Part shown: one piece after another, positions 8,382 to 17,930 of the stretch
How positions within the stretch are numbered: the stretch's first letter is position 1
Layout: each line of letters begins with the position of its first letter
Virus record (IMG/VR): IMGVR_UViG_3300036790_000317
Location: 1-64,000 of that record
Origin: a virus
Direction: 5' to 3' (one strand)
Length of the DNA stretch: 64,000 nucleotides
Made by a program: the position numbers and the translations under genes
Notes under the pieces: model-generated
The model's input: the letters and a program-made list of their open reading frames with translations, nothing else
Told to the model about the DNA's origin: nothing
The model's database searches: none

Positions 8382-9146
8382 GCAATCGGGTAGCCAATAA
8401 CCTGCCGTGCACGGTAACTGCTACTTGCTGCGCTTGCCCGCTGCAGCGACGGGAACGCGCTTGTCCTGCTGCGCAGCGGGGGGCTGCGCTTCCGGCTGCG
8501 GCTTCGGCGCGAATGCGCTCAGCCGCTCCCGGGTACTCACCCGGCGCGCCGTAGCAGGCACGATGGCGGGTGTGACGGGAACGGGTGCCGTAGCGGGCTG
8601 TACGCCCGTCTGCGGCACGTTCCCGCTACGGACGGGGCGATGATCCGACGTCGCGCACAGATCCCACATGGGGATGTTGTGCCCGAACATCGCGTCATCG
8701 GAATCGATCGTGACGACCGAGTAGTAACCCAGGTACAGGCCCGTCTCTCGGTTGATCAGTCTCACGACCGAGCCGGTAGCGGGAACGTCATCCATTCCGC
8801 TAGCGCAGCGGATGACACGAAGCGTTCCCTTCTCCCAAGGCGTATCAATCGCCTTAATGACGAAGTAGATACGCTCATCGGCCGGATTGACCCGGCTCAA
8901 TGCCGTACTGCGCTTGGTCGTACGGATCTGCCTGTTGGTTGCGTTGTACTTCAGTTCCATGCCGTGTTCCTTCCTAGCCCGATCTAACGGGCGTTCGGAG
9001 CGGGAATGAACGACTAAGTGCAATGCTAGTGCTAGGCCCCTTTCAGCCTGCGCAAGCTTATTAAGCGCCCGTACTGTGAACTAGCAATGCCTTAGTCGTT
9101 CATTCCCGCCGTAGGGCGCACGGCAGGCAATTGGCTATCCGATTGC
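8382..9146. repeat. long-range 29-bp inverted repeat pair with a nested ~30-bp hairpin
   Basis: 8382-8410 vs 9118-9146, 26/29 complementary; 9000-9018 vs 9091-9109 perfect, 19 bp. Confidence 0.85.
8421..8960 (-). CDS. hypothetical protein enclosed by long inverted repeats
   Basis: AGGAAGGAA RBS before MELKYN; lower GC. Confidence 0.6.
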   Translation of the reverse strand: MELKYNATNRQIRTTKRSTALSRVNPADERIYFVIKAIDTPWEKGTLRVIRCASGMDDVPATGSVVRLINRETGLYLGYYSVVTIDSDDAMFGHNIPMWDLCATSDHRPVRSGNVPQTGVQPATAPVPVTPAIVPATARRVSTRERLSAFAPKPQPEAQPPAAQQDKRVPVAAAGKRSK

Positions 9147-9425
9147 ATTCAATTGTCGACAGATCTAGCTCTCGCAACCTGCCCGCTACGCTGCCCCCTT
9201 GCCGTTTACCCGTTACTGCTAGCTAGTGCTAGTCATAGGTTCCGGTTAAAGGATGACGCCGCTCTTTCGGAGCGTGCACGGGGCGATCCCGCTAGTCCTT
9301 GTAGCCAAACGGCAGCGTCAGCGACTTCCGACGCGGGCCGAGCGGGTTGGTTCCGCTCCCGTCCATCTATGAAGTTGTTGTGCACTACGAACACTCTCAT
9401 GACCCATAGGGGATGCACCTATTGA

Positions 9426-10083
9426 CACCCGTAACGAGACCAACCTGTTACCGTCCTGTTATAAAACCGGGTAGATACCTGCCCGGGAATCCCTTTTGTC
9501 CGTAGCAAGAACTATCCAACCCTGTTAAGGCATGTCATGTCATTGGTGATACCCGTTAACTGTCAAAGGCATGTCAACCAGGTAGCTAGATGGAGCCCTG
9601 TGCAGAGCTACTCAGGTACAGCTCTAGAATGCCGCTTCCCAGCTCTGTGCTGCTCGCTACGGCTATTTGATCATGCTAGCCATACATGAGTATGGGTAGT
9701 TGATGATCTTGTTACAGGCGCTCTCACGCATGATCGCTACAGGGCAGGCCCAGGGACAGATGATCATGAGCTAGGTCGTTGTCATACTCATTGACCTAGC
9801 TAACAGAAGTAGTACACATGGGTTAACGAATTTCATTCACATGGGTTAATCATTATCATTAACCTATGTTAACTACTTTCTTTAGCCTTGCTAAGCAGTA
9901 TGTACTGCATGCCGTAGCTACTGCATTACTGCAATGGGCATGTCAAGGTGTGTCAAGCCAGGCCGATATATATTAAACTATGCTATGCACTGCGACGGAG
10001 TAGCAAGCACTTTCTTGCTATGTCAAGCTATGTAAAGGTCTACCGATTGCATAGGGAATTGCCAGAGTACTACGAGCTGCACC
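9426..10083. other. AT-richer non-coding region with TGTCAA repeats and palindromes (possible origin or genome terminus)
   Basis: no ORF of 60 aa or more in the track; lower GC; repeated short motifs. Confidence 0.5.
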
Positions 10084-10153
10084 CCATCACAAACCTCATT
10101 TTTTGAGGCCTTAAAGATCTTCCATCACAAACCTCATTTTTTAAGGCCTTAAA
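10084..10153. repeat. 32-bp direct repeat, 2 copies, 38-bp period
   Basis: CCATCACAAACCTCATTTTTT(G/A)AGGCCTTAAA at 10084 and 10122. Confidence 0.9.
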
Positions 10154-10155
10154 AG

Positions 10156-10671
10156 TTACCCGGTTACCACGGCAACCTGCCAGTGGCACTCGCTGTTCAC
10201 CGACAGGTAATGCGACCCGGCATCTCCGTAGGCATACGTGGCAACCGGCCCCTTGCCGGTCCCCAGCTCGTCCACGCTCACGCCGCCGAGGTCGGGTGAC
10301 CCGTCCGTGTCATACTCGGTCACGATGAAGTTGCCGGACTGCCCGAAGGCCGAGCACGAATACCACCACGACAGGTGCCAGGACGCGGGTACCGTGAACG
10401 GGGGAGTGTTCTCGATCCCGGAGCCCGAGTACCTCGCCACGATGACCGGTTTAGCCGGAGCGGGCGTCTTCGTTACCACGGCAGGCGGCGGCTCAGACGG
10501 CGGCTCAGACGGCGATGCCAAGGTGCTGCCACATCCAGCCAGCGCAGCGGCTGCCAGTGCGCACGTGATGACGTGCTTACGCCTAAAAAGCCAGGAACTG
10601 CCCACGCCAGCTGATGTCGGTGATATCACGCCACGGAATGAAGGTATCCGGCTCATTAAGATCCCATCCAT
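10156..10671 (-). CDS. lipoprotein (true start probably near 10605)
   Basis: lipobox AAAALAG-C, Pro-rich linker, beta-rich domain. Confidence 0.7.
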   Translation of the reverse strand: MDGILMSRIPSFRGVISPTSAGVGSSWLFRRKHVITCALAAAALAGCGSTLASPSEPPSEPPPAVVTKTPAPAKPVIVARYSGSGIENTPPFTVPASWHLSWWYSCSAFGQSGNFIVTEYDTDGSPDLGGVSVDELGTGKGPVATYAYGDAGSHYLSVNSECHWQVAVVTG

Positions 10672-10852
10672 CTTTATAGTAGGTTCCTAGATCACACATG
10701 ATTCCCGCAAGATGCACCTCACGGATAATAGCGTGGTAGACGCCGTCGTCGAACGAGACGCGTGCCATCGCGCTATCTTCCGGCGTTCGTGCCGGGAGTT
10801 TGATTGCGTATGCTTCTGCTGCCTCTGCTCCTGCTCCTGTCGTCATCTGCAT
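10583..10852 (-). CDS. hypothetical protein
   Basis: 89 aa, overlaps both neighbours. Confidence 0.4.
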   Translation of the reverse strand: MQMTTGAGAEAAEAYAIKLPARTPEDSAMARVSFDDGVYHAIIREVHLAGIMCDLGTYYKDGWDLNEPDTFIPWRDITDISWRGQFLAF

Positions 10853-11498
10853 CAGTGCCCTTCCCTGGTCGTTCCATCAGTGGCCGGGTTCCGTGCTTAT
10901 CGTTGCATTCGCGGTGCGCGGGCAGTACCAGGCCATTATCACCACGCCTGGCTTTATGGTATACATGTGCCCACACCCATTTTTCATCCTTAAGAATGTC
11001 TTTATCACAAAGCCAGCACCACGCTGTCTTGAAAGGTTCCAGAGTGCTGAGATCTACTTCAATCTGCAGCAGGCTGAGGATCCGTGACTTAGGCCGTTTT
11101 GCGCGCCAGTTGCGAGGTGGTGAGACAGCAGGTGCTGTTTCCGTGGTAACAGGCATGACCGTGCTGCCAGCAGCGTACTTCTTGCACGGGCATACATCAT
11201 TATTATGCCGTGTTTCCGTCACGGCAACCGGCACGTCGATGCCGGCGTTCAGCAAGCTTTTCCTGATATCTCCTCCGTCTTTGCCTCCTTTTCCTACTGG
11301 TTTGCCGTTTTGCATCCTTGCCACCGTCGTAAGCGTCAGAAGGTCATCTGCTACCTCACGTACGCTGCCTGGTGAGATATCTTTGCGGTTTTCAAGAACT
11401 TTTACGGCTTCGGTTATCCTGCCATTAAAACCGGGGCCGGCGATAAAATCGTTATCGCAGTAGCAATCTTTTACAGAAAACTGATGCCGCAGTTTCAT
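10773..11498 (-). CDS. HNH endonuclease domain protein
   Basis: CWLC...AHVYHKARRG...PAHRECNDKHG; low GC. Confidence 0.65.
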   Translation of the reverse strand: MKLRHQFSVKDCYCDNDFIAGPGFNGRITEAVKVLENRKDISPGSVREVADDLLTLTTVARMQNGKPVGKGGKDGGDIRKSLLNAGIDVPVAVTETRHNNDVCPCKKYAAGSTVMPVTTETAPAVSPPRNWRAKRPKSRILSLLQIEVDLSTLEPFKTAWCWLCDKDILKDEKWVWAHVYHKARRGDNGLVLPAHRECNDKHGTRPLMERPGKGTDADDDRSRSRGSRSIRNQTPGTNAGR

Positions 11499-11502
11499 TC
11501 AT

Positions 11503-12210
11503 ATGGTCCTTCCTCAGATTGCGCTGTTTAGCGTAACATGTATACTCGCACCGGGAGGCACATTGGCAACCGCACAAGCTCAGGGCGCCTTCGGCGATAT
11601 TACCCGCGCGCAGTCGGGCCTGCTCCCCGCGCTCAGCCCGCGTGACCGCGCCAGCGCCGCCCTCCGCGAGCTCACCACCCTCCTCCCCGTCCTCGAGCAG
11701 GGCATTGCCCCGGACCCGTCCCGGCCCGCTCTCTCCTTCTCTCCCGCCCGCCCCGCCGCCTCAAGCCGCCCGCCTTGGAGCCCGCGCATCGCGTATGCCC
11801 TGTTTACCGTAGCCGGAGCCATCGAGGATGCCCGAGGGTACGACGATAACGGTAACGAAAACGAGAATGAGAATGAGAACGATTCTGCGCTTGCCGTCAT
11901 GCTGGAATGTGCGCTGCGCGGCGCGCGCGTCGCGCTCGGCCTGGACGAGGCCTGGCGGCCGCTGCCTCGCCTCCCCCGCGCCACCCCGCCGCTGTGCCCG
12001 TTTTCCTGCCGCCTCCCGTCCCTCCGGATGCAGCCCCTCGCCGGCATCGTCCGCTGCGTCACCCCCCGCTGCCGGGACACCCGCGGCAGCCGCCCTCGCG
12101 CCGTCATGCAGCCGGTCTGGGCGCATGACGGCAGCGGCTGGCAGGCCCGGCTGATCTGGGACGACGGCACCCGCGGCCTGCCGGCGCCGGAGGCGGATGA
12201 GACCTGCTGA
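11503..12210 (+). CDS. hypothetical Zn-binding protein
   Basis: CPFSC...C..PRC; first gene after the strand switch; start uncertain. Confidence 0.5.
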   Translation: MVLPQIALFSVTCILAPGGTLATAQAQGAFGDITRAQSGLLPALSPRDRASAALRELTTLLPVLEQGIAPDPSRPALSFSPARPAASSRPPWSPRIAYALFTVAGAIEDARGYDDNGNENENENENDSALAVMLECALRGARVALGLDEAWRPLPRLPRATPPLCPFSCRLPSLRMQPLAGIVRCVTPRCRDTRGSRPRAVMQPVWAHDGSGWQARLIWDDGTRGLPAPEADETC

Positions 12211-12412
12211 GAATCCTGACATCCGGTACTGGTCGGCATCCGAGGCCCGGCTCGTGCTCGCCCCGCACCTCAGCACCTCGGATCTGCGCCGGATCATCCG
12301 CTGCGCCGGCCTCGAGCCACAGGGCCGCCGCCACTCCTCGTCCCTGCGTGGCCGCCCGGCCAAGGTCTACCTGGCCGAGGACCTCATCGCCCTCCTCGCA
12401 CCGTTCAGCTAG
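12197..12412 (+). CDS. small HTH-like DNA-binding protein
   Basis: WSASEA...LRRII...GRPAKVY.AEDL, MerR/excisionase-like pattern. Confidence 0.5.
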   Translation: MRPAENPDIRYWSASEARLVLAPHLSTSDLRRIIRCAGLEPQGRRHSSSLRGRPAKVYLAEDLIALLAPFS

Positions 12413-12635
12413 CGGCTGCCGGCCGGCGCAGGGTTATGATGGCAGTCACGGGTCGCATGGCTGCGAGAACGGCGGGTGGGCGGTAACGGCGGCAATCCGC
12501 CGCTGGCTGTCATGTGAACACCGGCAGTAAGCTGATCATCCGGTCAGTAGCTGTCATGTGAACCTTGCGGCGACGTTGTCCTAGCATCATAGATCTGGCT
12601 GTCAGCTGGTCACGGCAGCAGGGGGAACCTGGCGG

Positions 12636-12914
12636 TCATGACGTTTCTGGCTGCTCGTCTTCGACGCGGATGAGCGTCCCGTCCCGGCACGTGGCATGCC
12701 GGGCCTGGAACCGCGTCACGGCACCGGCTGACGACGTGACCCGCACCTCGCCACACCGGCAGCCGAGGAAGAACTGCTCTCCCATTCGCACGGCGCGGTC
12801 CATCTTGCTGCTGATAATGTCCGCGAGCAGTGCCCGCTTCCGTGCCAGCACGTCCCGTTCCGGTTCCAGGCGCACGCTGTACGGCGCCCGCGAGCGGTCT
12901 TTCCCGGAACTCAT
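12636..12914 (-). CDS. hypothetical protein
   Basis: AGGAGG RBS near MSSGKD; CRCG...HATC. Confidence 0.45.
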   Translation of the reverse strand: MSSGKDRSRAPYSVRLEPERDVLARKRALLADIISSKMDRAVRMGEQFFLGCRCGEVRVTSSAGAVTRFQARHATCRDGTLIRVEDEQPETS

Positions 12915-13008
12915 CTCATTCCTCCTGCTCGGGAAAAATGCATAATCTAGCGTTATTTTACAGCCGAGGACGCAACCGGGAAACCACAAATCAGTACACA
13001 GCCTCAGC

Positions 13009-13037
13009 TTGACGAAAGCGCCCGGGTCGTTTATATT
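13009..13037 (+). promoter_or_regulatory. sigma70-type promoter heading the late operon
   Basis: TTGACG-17 bp-TATATT. Confidence 0.65.
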
Positions 13038-13203
13038 TCGTAACTAACGCCACTCGGCAAGGTGTCTCAAGGCCCAGCGGCGAAGCGCCCTCACCAGGCC
13101 GCCCGCCGTTACCGGGACCCCGTACGGCGCGTTCTGGTGCCTCAGGGGAAGGAGCCGGGCGGACGTTACCGGCCGGGGGCCGGACGGCGGAAGGCTCCTC
13201 GCG

Positions 13204-13887
13204 ATGCGAGGCCTCCTCACGCACCTCACGCACCACCCCGCTCGCATCCGGCTCGCAGCCGGGCTCGCCGGCTCAGCGACCGTTTTCTTCGCTGCCGCGG
13301 CACTTACATCCTCGGGCATCCCGCCCGTGACGCTTACCGCAGCAGCAGCGCAGCAGCAGCACCTGCACCTGCACCCGCCGCCGTCGCCAGTCAGGACGGC
13401 AGCAGCAAACAGCACGTACCATGTCTCGGAATGGCGGTACCTGCCCAGGACGCCTCCGCCCCCGGACGTCTCGGTCATGCGGCACGCCGTGAGGAAGCCG
13501 GCCCCGCCACCCCCTCCACCGTCACCGGCGCCTGCCGCGTCATCGCCGCCAGCGTCCCAGGCACCTCCGCCTCCGCCTCCGTCCTCGCCACCGGATCCTC
13601 CGGCCCAGGCCGTGTACTCGTTTGCCGGGCTTGAGGGGCTGTGGGACGGCGCCGGAGGCCCGGCCGGGGAGGCCTCGGCTGCTGCCACGATCGCGGAATG
13701 CGAGTCCGGCGGGCGCGCTGACGCCGTCAACCCGTCGTCCGGCGCTGCAGGGCTGTGGCAGATCCTCGGAGCCCCCGAGGGATGGTCAGGCTCTGACAAC
13801 TGGCTGGACCCGCGCGTGAACGCCCGGGCTGCCGTGGCGAAGTTCCGCGCCGCGGGCGGCTGGGCGCCGTGGACGTGCCAGCCCTAG
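13204..13887 (+). CDS. secreted lytic transglycosylase (SLT/Rpf-like lysozyme fold)
   Basis: N-terminal TM/signal, Pro-rich linker, IAECESGG...SGAAGLWQI...GWAPWTC. Confidence 0.8.
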   Translation: MRGLLTHLTHHPARIRLAAGLAGSATVFFAAAALTSSGIPPVTLTAAAAQQQHLHLHPPPSPVRTAAANSTYHVSEWRYLPRTPPPPDVSVMRHAVRKPAPPPPPPSPAPAASSPPASQAPPPPPPSSPPDPPAQAVYSFAGLEGLWDGAGGPAGEASAAATIAECESGGRADAVNPSSGAAGLWQILGAPEGWSGSDNWLDPRVNARAAVAKFRAAGGWAPWTCQP

Positions 13888-13894
13888 GAGGCAG

Positions 13895-14326
13895 ATGGAG
13901 AAAGATATCAGGCAGCTGGCCCGCCTGCGCCCTCCGATGAAGGAGGGCGCGGGCGTGGACAGCCGGGTCACGAACCCGCTCGAGGAGCTGCTCAAGGTTG
14001 CCGAGGAGGCGCTGCTCTGGAAGGATGAGCTGAAGCGCCGCGTCGTCGCCCTCCACGAAGACGAGTGGCGGTACGAGACTAAGGGCATGGGTGAGCAGAT
14101 CCGTGCCGAGATCCAGCTCTACGAGAGATCGATTGACCGGCTGGCGCGGATCCTGGTCATGATCGCGAAGCTCGGCATCGAGGAGCGGCTGACCCGGGTC
14201 ACGGAACGGCAGGCGCTGCTGATCGAGAAGGCAGTCGCCCTCGCGATCGAGGAGACGCACCTTCCTGCCCCGGCACAGGACCGGCTCCGCGAGTCGGTAG
14301 CCCGGCATCTGAAGGCGGTCAGCTAG
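13895..14326 (+). CDS. putative terminase small subunit-like protein
   Basis: helical; GEQIRAEIQLYERSIDRL...AKLGIEER recalls proteins found upstream of TerL in actinophages. Confidence 0.5.
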   Translation: MEKDIRQLARLRPPMKEGAGVDSRVTNPLEELLKVAEEALLWKDELKRRVVALHEDEWRYETKGMGEQIRAEIQLYERSIDRLARILVMIAKLGIEERLTRVTERQALLIEKAVALAIEETHLPAPAQDRLRESVARHLKAVS

Positions 14327-14337
14327 GAGGCTCGCCC

Positions 14338-14496
14338 ATGTTCGGCATCGCCGCGGTCGTCTTCTTCGCCATCTCGCTCATCCTGCACCTGGGTACCGGT
14401 GGCACCGGCCACTGGGACTACGTCACCTTCGCGCTGCTCGGGCTCATCTGCCTCGCGGTGCAGGCGCTGTGGCCATGGGCGCCGTGGCACCGCTAG
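14338..14496 (+). CDS. small 2-TM membrane protein (holin-like)
   Basis: 52 aa, not in ORF track; GGAGG RBS; MFGIAAVVFFAISLILHLG...FALLGLICLAVQALW. Confidence 0.6.
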   Translation: MFGIAAVVFFAISLILHLGTGGTGHWDYVTFALLGLICLAVQALWPWAPWHR

Positions 14497-14625
14497 CAGC
14501 GAGATCATGACACCTGGCCTGATCTCATAGCAGCACGCAGGTAACATGGCAGGCATGACCGCCCGGTGATGATGATGATGCCGGCCAGGAAGTGAAGACC
14601 GGCAACGTACGGAAACGGGGCGAGT

Positions 14626-14895
14626 GTGCGTTGGCGGACCACGGCCTGGCCACTGACCAAAGACGTCATCATAACGGGCAGCGGGGTAGCCATCATCTGG
14701 GTGCAGGCGCTGTCGGTGCACCCGAGCGGGCTGGTGCTCGGGGCTGGGCTGGCCTTGTGCGCGCCGTCGGTAGCGGACCACGTTCGGGCCTTGCTGCCCG
14801 CACCTGGTGGCGATGGCTCATCCTCAGCGCCGCCGCCTCAGCCACTGGCGCCGCAGCCGGGGCCGTTGTTGCAGGAGGAATCCGCTGGTGACTGA
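14626..14895 (+). CDS. 2-TM membrane protein (holin-like)
   Basis: two hydrophobic segments, Pro-rich tail. Confidence 0.55.
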   Translation: MRWRTTAWPLTKDVIITGSGVAIIWVQALSVHPSGLVLGAGLALCAPSVADHVRALLPAPGGDGSSSAPPPQPLAPQPGPLLQEESAGD

Positions 14896-15271
14896 GGAGG
14901 GAAAAGCACCGGAGCCGATCAGCCCGATAGAGATGCGGTATCGTGGCCCGGCGGGGCCGGCGGGGCCGCAGGGAGAACAAGGCCGCATGCTGAACCGGCG
15001 TACCGCACGCTCGGTGGTGTACCTGTTCGGGCTAGCGGTCGTGCTGTCCGTGGTAAGCCTGTTCTGGATCAATCACGCCGTGCATGACAGCCAGGCCGCG
15101 CAGCAGCGCCAGGGCCAGCAGGTGCTGGCCAAGCTGTGCGCTACCCTGGACCGGCTCGCCGCGCTTAAGCCACCTAGCGGGTCCGCGGCGTCAAATCCGT
15201 CCCGTGCTTATGAGCAGCAGTTGCATGCTACGCTGGCTCAGCTTAGCCCCGACATCGGCTGCAGCAGGTAA
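14888..15271 (+). CDS. single-TM membrane protein
   Basis: GTG start; short GPAGPAGPQG run, TM, two Cys. Confidence 0.55.
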   Translation: MTEEGKAPEPISPIEMRYRGPAGPAGPQGEQGRMLNRRTARSVVYLFGLAVVLSVVSLFWINHAVHDSQAAQQRQGQQVLAKLCATLDRLAALKPPSGSAASNPSRAYEQQLHATLAQLSPDIGCSR

Positions 15272-15338
15272 AGCAAGATTACCTGACAGCCACCACTCTC
15301 GTGATAAAGCAGGCAGGCAGGCAAACAGGCAGGTAGCC

Positions 15339-15548
15339 GTGACGGTAAAGTTCAGCCCGCGCCCGGCCCCGGGTGCGTTTACCGGCGCGCCACTGAAGAT
15401 CCCGTTCACGCTGTTCTGCACCCAGGGTGAGCGCTGGTGTGGCTGGCAGCATACCGCGAACAGCCAGAAGGAGTTCACGGTCCTCGCGATGAGCCGGCGG
15501 CAGCATGAGTCCTTGTGCAGAGGAGGACTGATCATTGCAGCTAGATGA
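15339..15548 (+). CDS. hypothetical protein
   Basis: GTG start; C...C...H...C. Confidence 0.4.
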   Translation: MTVKFSPRPAPGAFTGAPLKIPFTLFCTQGERWCGWQHTANSQKEFTVLAMSRRQHESLCRGGLIIAAR

Positions 15549-15765
15549 GTGCGCCTGCCCGCACGTCATCGCCGGGCATGAGGTTTTCGAGACACGGGCC
15601 TGGAGTGATGTTTGCCCGGTGCACGGCGTTGGCACGGGATACTTCAGGTCTCTGAAGGTGTTACCCTTCGGGTATGCTCATGAGCGGGACACGTCCCGGG
15701 AGGAATGGCTGACGTTCCTGGCGTCAGGTGACGGCGTGGAGGCGGATGACGGCAGCGGAGCCTGA
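15535..15765 (+). CDS. hypothetical protein
   Basis: CACP...CPVHG; GGAGGA RBS. Confidence 0.55.
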   Translation: MQLDECACPHVIAGHEVFETRAWSDVCPVHGVGTGYFRSLKVLPFGYAHERDTSREEWLTFLASGDGVEADDGSGA

Positions 15766-17173
15766 TGACGCGCTTCTGCGCGCCGCTGACCGGCTGTCCG
15801 ATCTGCATGCCGATCCCAGGCGGGCATGGCGCAAGACGAGCCGCCCAGATCAGGTCCTGCCTCCGGAACCGTGGAGAACGCTAATCCTGCTCGGTGGCCG
15901 AGGCTCGGGGAAGACCCGGGCTGGCGCGCAGGGCCTGGTCGAGCTAATCCTCTCTGACCCTGAACCCGGTGAGTGGGCGATCGTCGCGCCGACGTACCGG
16001 GACGCATGGGCGACCTGCGTCGAGGGCGAGTCCGGCCTTCTCACCGCGCTCGGGTCGAGCATGGCGAAGATACGCAACGGCGACTGCCCGGTCGTGCTGT
16101 CCGCGGCCCGGGGCTACGCCGAGGTGCGCCTGCGTAACGGGCACGTCGTACGCGCCGACTCGGCCGACGACGGCGCCCTCAGGATCCAGGGCAAGAACCT
16201 GAAGGGTGCCTGGCTGGACGAGCTGGGCCTGTTCGCGAAGTGGGAGGTCGCGTTCGACGAGTCGATCGCGTTCGCGGTCCGGCGAGGCGGGTCCAAGATC
16301 ATCGCGACCGGAACGCCGAAGGTCAGCCGCCCCGCGGCGAAGCTGATCCGGCGGCTCATCAACGAGTCGAAGGACGACGCGACGGTCGTCGTCCGCCGGC
16401 TCCGGACGACCGACAACCTCTCGAATCTCTCGGAAACGTTCTTCCGCAGCGTCGTTGCCCGCTCCAAGGGCACCCGCCTGGAGCGGCAAGAGCTTGAGGG
16501 CGAGCTGCTCGATGACAACGACCAGGCACTCTGGTCGCGTGAGAACATCGAGCGCAACCGGGTTGACCCGGACAAGGTGCCGGACCTGTCCCGGGTCGTC
16601 ATCGCGCTGGACCCGGCCGTCACCAGTCTTACCTCGAGCGACGAGACCGGGATCATCGTCGCCGGCGAAGACGGCCGTGGCCACGGCTACGTCCTCGCGG
16701 ACCTCTCGATGCACGGCAGCCCGCAGCGCTGCATGGAGCGCGCGGTCGCGGCGTACCGGCAGTTCGACGGGGACCGGGTCATCGGTGAGGCGAACAACGG
16801 CGGGGACTTCATCGGCGCGCTGCTGAAAACGGTAGATCCTAACGTGCCGTACCAGAAGGTGACGGCCAGCAGGGGCAAGGCCGTCCGGGCTGAGCCCGTT
16901 TCAAGCCTCTACGAGCTGGGCCGGGTGCACCATGCCGGGGTGTTCATGGAGCTTGAGGACGAGATGGTGACCTGGGTGCCGGGTGATGCCGACTCCCCGG
17001 ACCGCATGGACGCGCTCGTCTGGGCGGTCACGGCGCTGAAGGGTCTCTCTCGCGGCTCGTGGGCTGATGCGTACGGCGTCGTTACCTGCCCGGGATGCAC
17101 CCGCGGATACCTGGGCGAAGGACGGAAGGCATGCCCGCACTGCGGGGCCGAGAAGCCGGCGGAGGCAGCATAG
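15746..17173 (+). CDS. terminase large subunit
   Basis: Walker A GGRGSGKT, Walker B WLDE, nuclease motifs LDPA, DETG, EANNGG, SPDRMDA; C-terminal CxxC-CxxC. Confidence 0.95.
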   Translation: MTAAEPDDALLRAADRLSDLHADPRRAWRKTSRPDQVLPPEPWRTLILLGGRGSGKTRAGAQGLVELILSDPEPGEWAIVAPTYRDAWATCVEGESGLLTALGSSMAKIRNGDCPVVLSAARGYAEVRLRNGHVVRADSADDGALRIQGKNLKGAWLDELGLFAKWEVAFDESIAFAVRRGGSKIIATGTPKVSRPAAKLIRRLINESKDDATVVVRRLRTTDNLSNLSETFFRSVVARSKGTRLERQELEGELLDDNDQALWSRENIERNRVDPDKVPDLSRVVIALDPAVTSLTSSDETGIIVAGEDGRGHGYVLADLSMHGSPQRCMERAVAAYRQFDGDRVIGEANNGGDFIGALLKTVDPNVPYQKVTASRGKAVRAEPVSSLYELGRVHHAGVFMELEDEMVTWVPGDADSPDRMDALVWAVTALKGLSRGSWADAYGVVTCPGCTRGYLGEGRKACPHCGAEKPAEAA

Positions 17174-17424
17174 TGAGTAACACCAGTAAGCTGAAGGCCG
17201 AGATCTGCGCTCTCCGTGACGAGATCAAGGAGCTGCGGGAGCAATTGGGCCGTGACCAGCACCATCATTACTGCGGATGCCATGGCGTGCACTGGTGTCA
17301 CTGGAACTACTACACGTCTACCGCCGGCACCAGTCTGGCATCCCCCGTTACCTGGGGCGTCAGCAGCGGGACAACCGGCACATATATGACAGCTATTAAC
17401 GGGATCAACCCGACCAGCAGCTAG
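17173..17424 (+). CDS. hypothetical protein
   Basis: coiled coil plus His/Cys cluster. Confidence 0.5.
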   Translation: MSNTSKLKAEICALRDEIKELREQLGRDQHHHYCGCHGVHWCHWNYYTSTAGTSLASPVTWGVSSGTTGTYMTAINGINPTSS

Positions 17425-17434
17425 GAGCACAGTC

Positions 17435-17728
17435 ATGGCAAGCATTGACAGCATGACGTTCGACCAGGCGGCGTATGCGCAAGGCGCAATCGTGACCCTG
17501 GATGTCGGCTACACCCCGGACACCCCGGGTGTGTCGCCGGCCGTCTTCACCGCGACCGCGAACGTGACCGACGTCAACGGGACCGTAGTGGCGACGAGCA
17601 GTGCCCCGTTTACCGTTAACGTCCCGGTCCCGGCCGGCGATACCGTCTCCGTGACCGACACCGGCGGCCGGGCCTGGGCTGAGCAGTCTGACTCCGGCAC
17701 CGTTGCGGTTTTCACGACTACGGCGTAA
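17435..17728 (+). CDS. small beta-rich virion protein
   Basis: AGGAG RBS; T/V/A-rich, Ig-like. Confidence 0.6.
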   Translation: MASIDSMTFDQAAYAQGAIVTLDVGYTPDTPGVSPAVFTATANVTDVNGTVVATSSAPFTVNVPVPAGDTVSVTDTGGRAWAEQSDSGTVAVFTTTA

Positions 17729-17729
17729 G

Positions 17730-17930
17730 GTGGCAGCGGCCGGCTACCGGCGCTGGCGCCTGCCGTTCGGTGACGGCGAGGATGACGAGCACACCGTTAT
17801 CACGGAGCGCCCGGACGTGGTCACCGTGACGATCACGGATGCTGAGGGCAACGTCCGGGCGGTCCGGAGCGCCGAGTTCCTCGTCCGCAGGCGCGAGCAC
17901 CGCGAGCACCACCGTGAACGTCACGGTTAG
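17730..17930 (+). CDS. hypothetical protein
   Basis: GTG start right after the previous stop. Confidence 0.35.
   Translation: MAAAGYRRWRLPFGDGEDDEHTVITERPDVVTVTITDAEGNVRAVRSAEFLVRRREHREHHRERHG

Noticed and set aside
8382-9146. Retron msr-msd or IS element
   Set aside because: No reverse transcriptase or transposase is recognisable in the window and no target-site duplication was seen.
10084-10153. CRISPR mini-array
   Set aside because: Only two copies with a 6-bp gap, no spacer-sized unique sequence and no cas genes.
13038-13203. c-di-AMP (ydaO) riboswitch upstream of the transglycosylase
   Set aside because: The conserved GCCGAAUCC and GUCAGCUAAC segments were not found.
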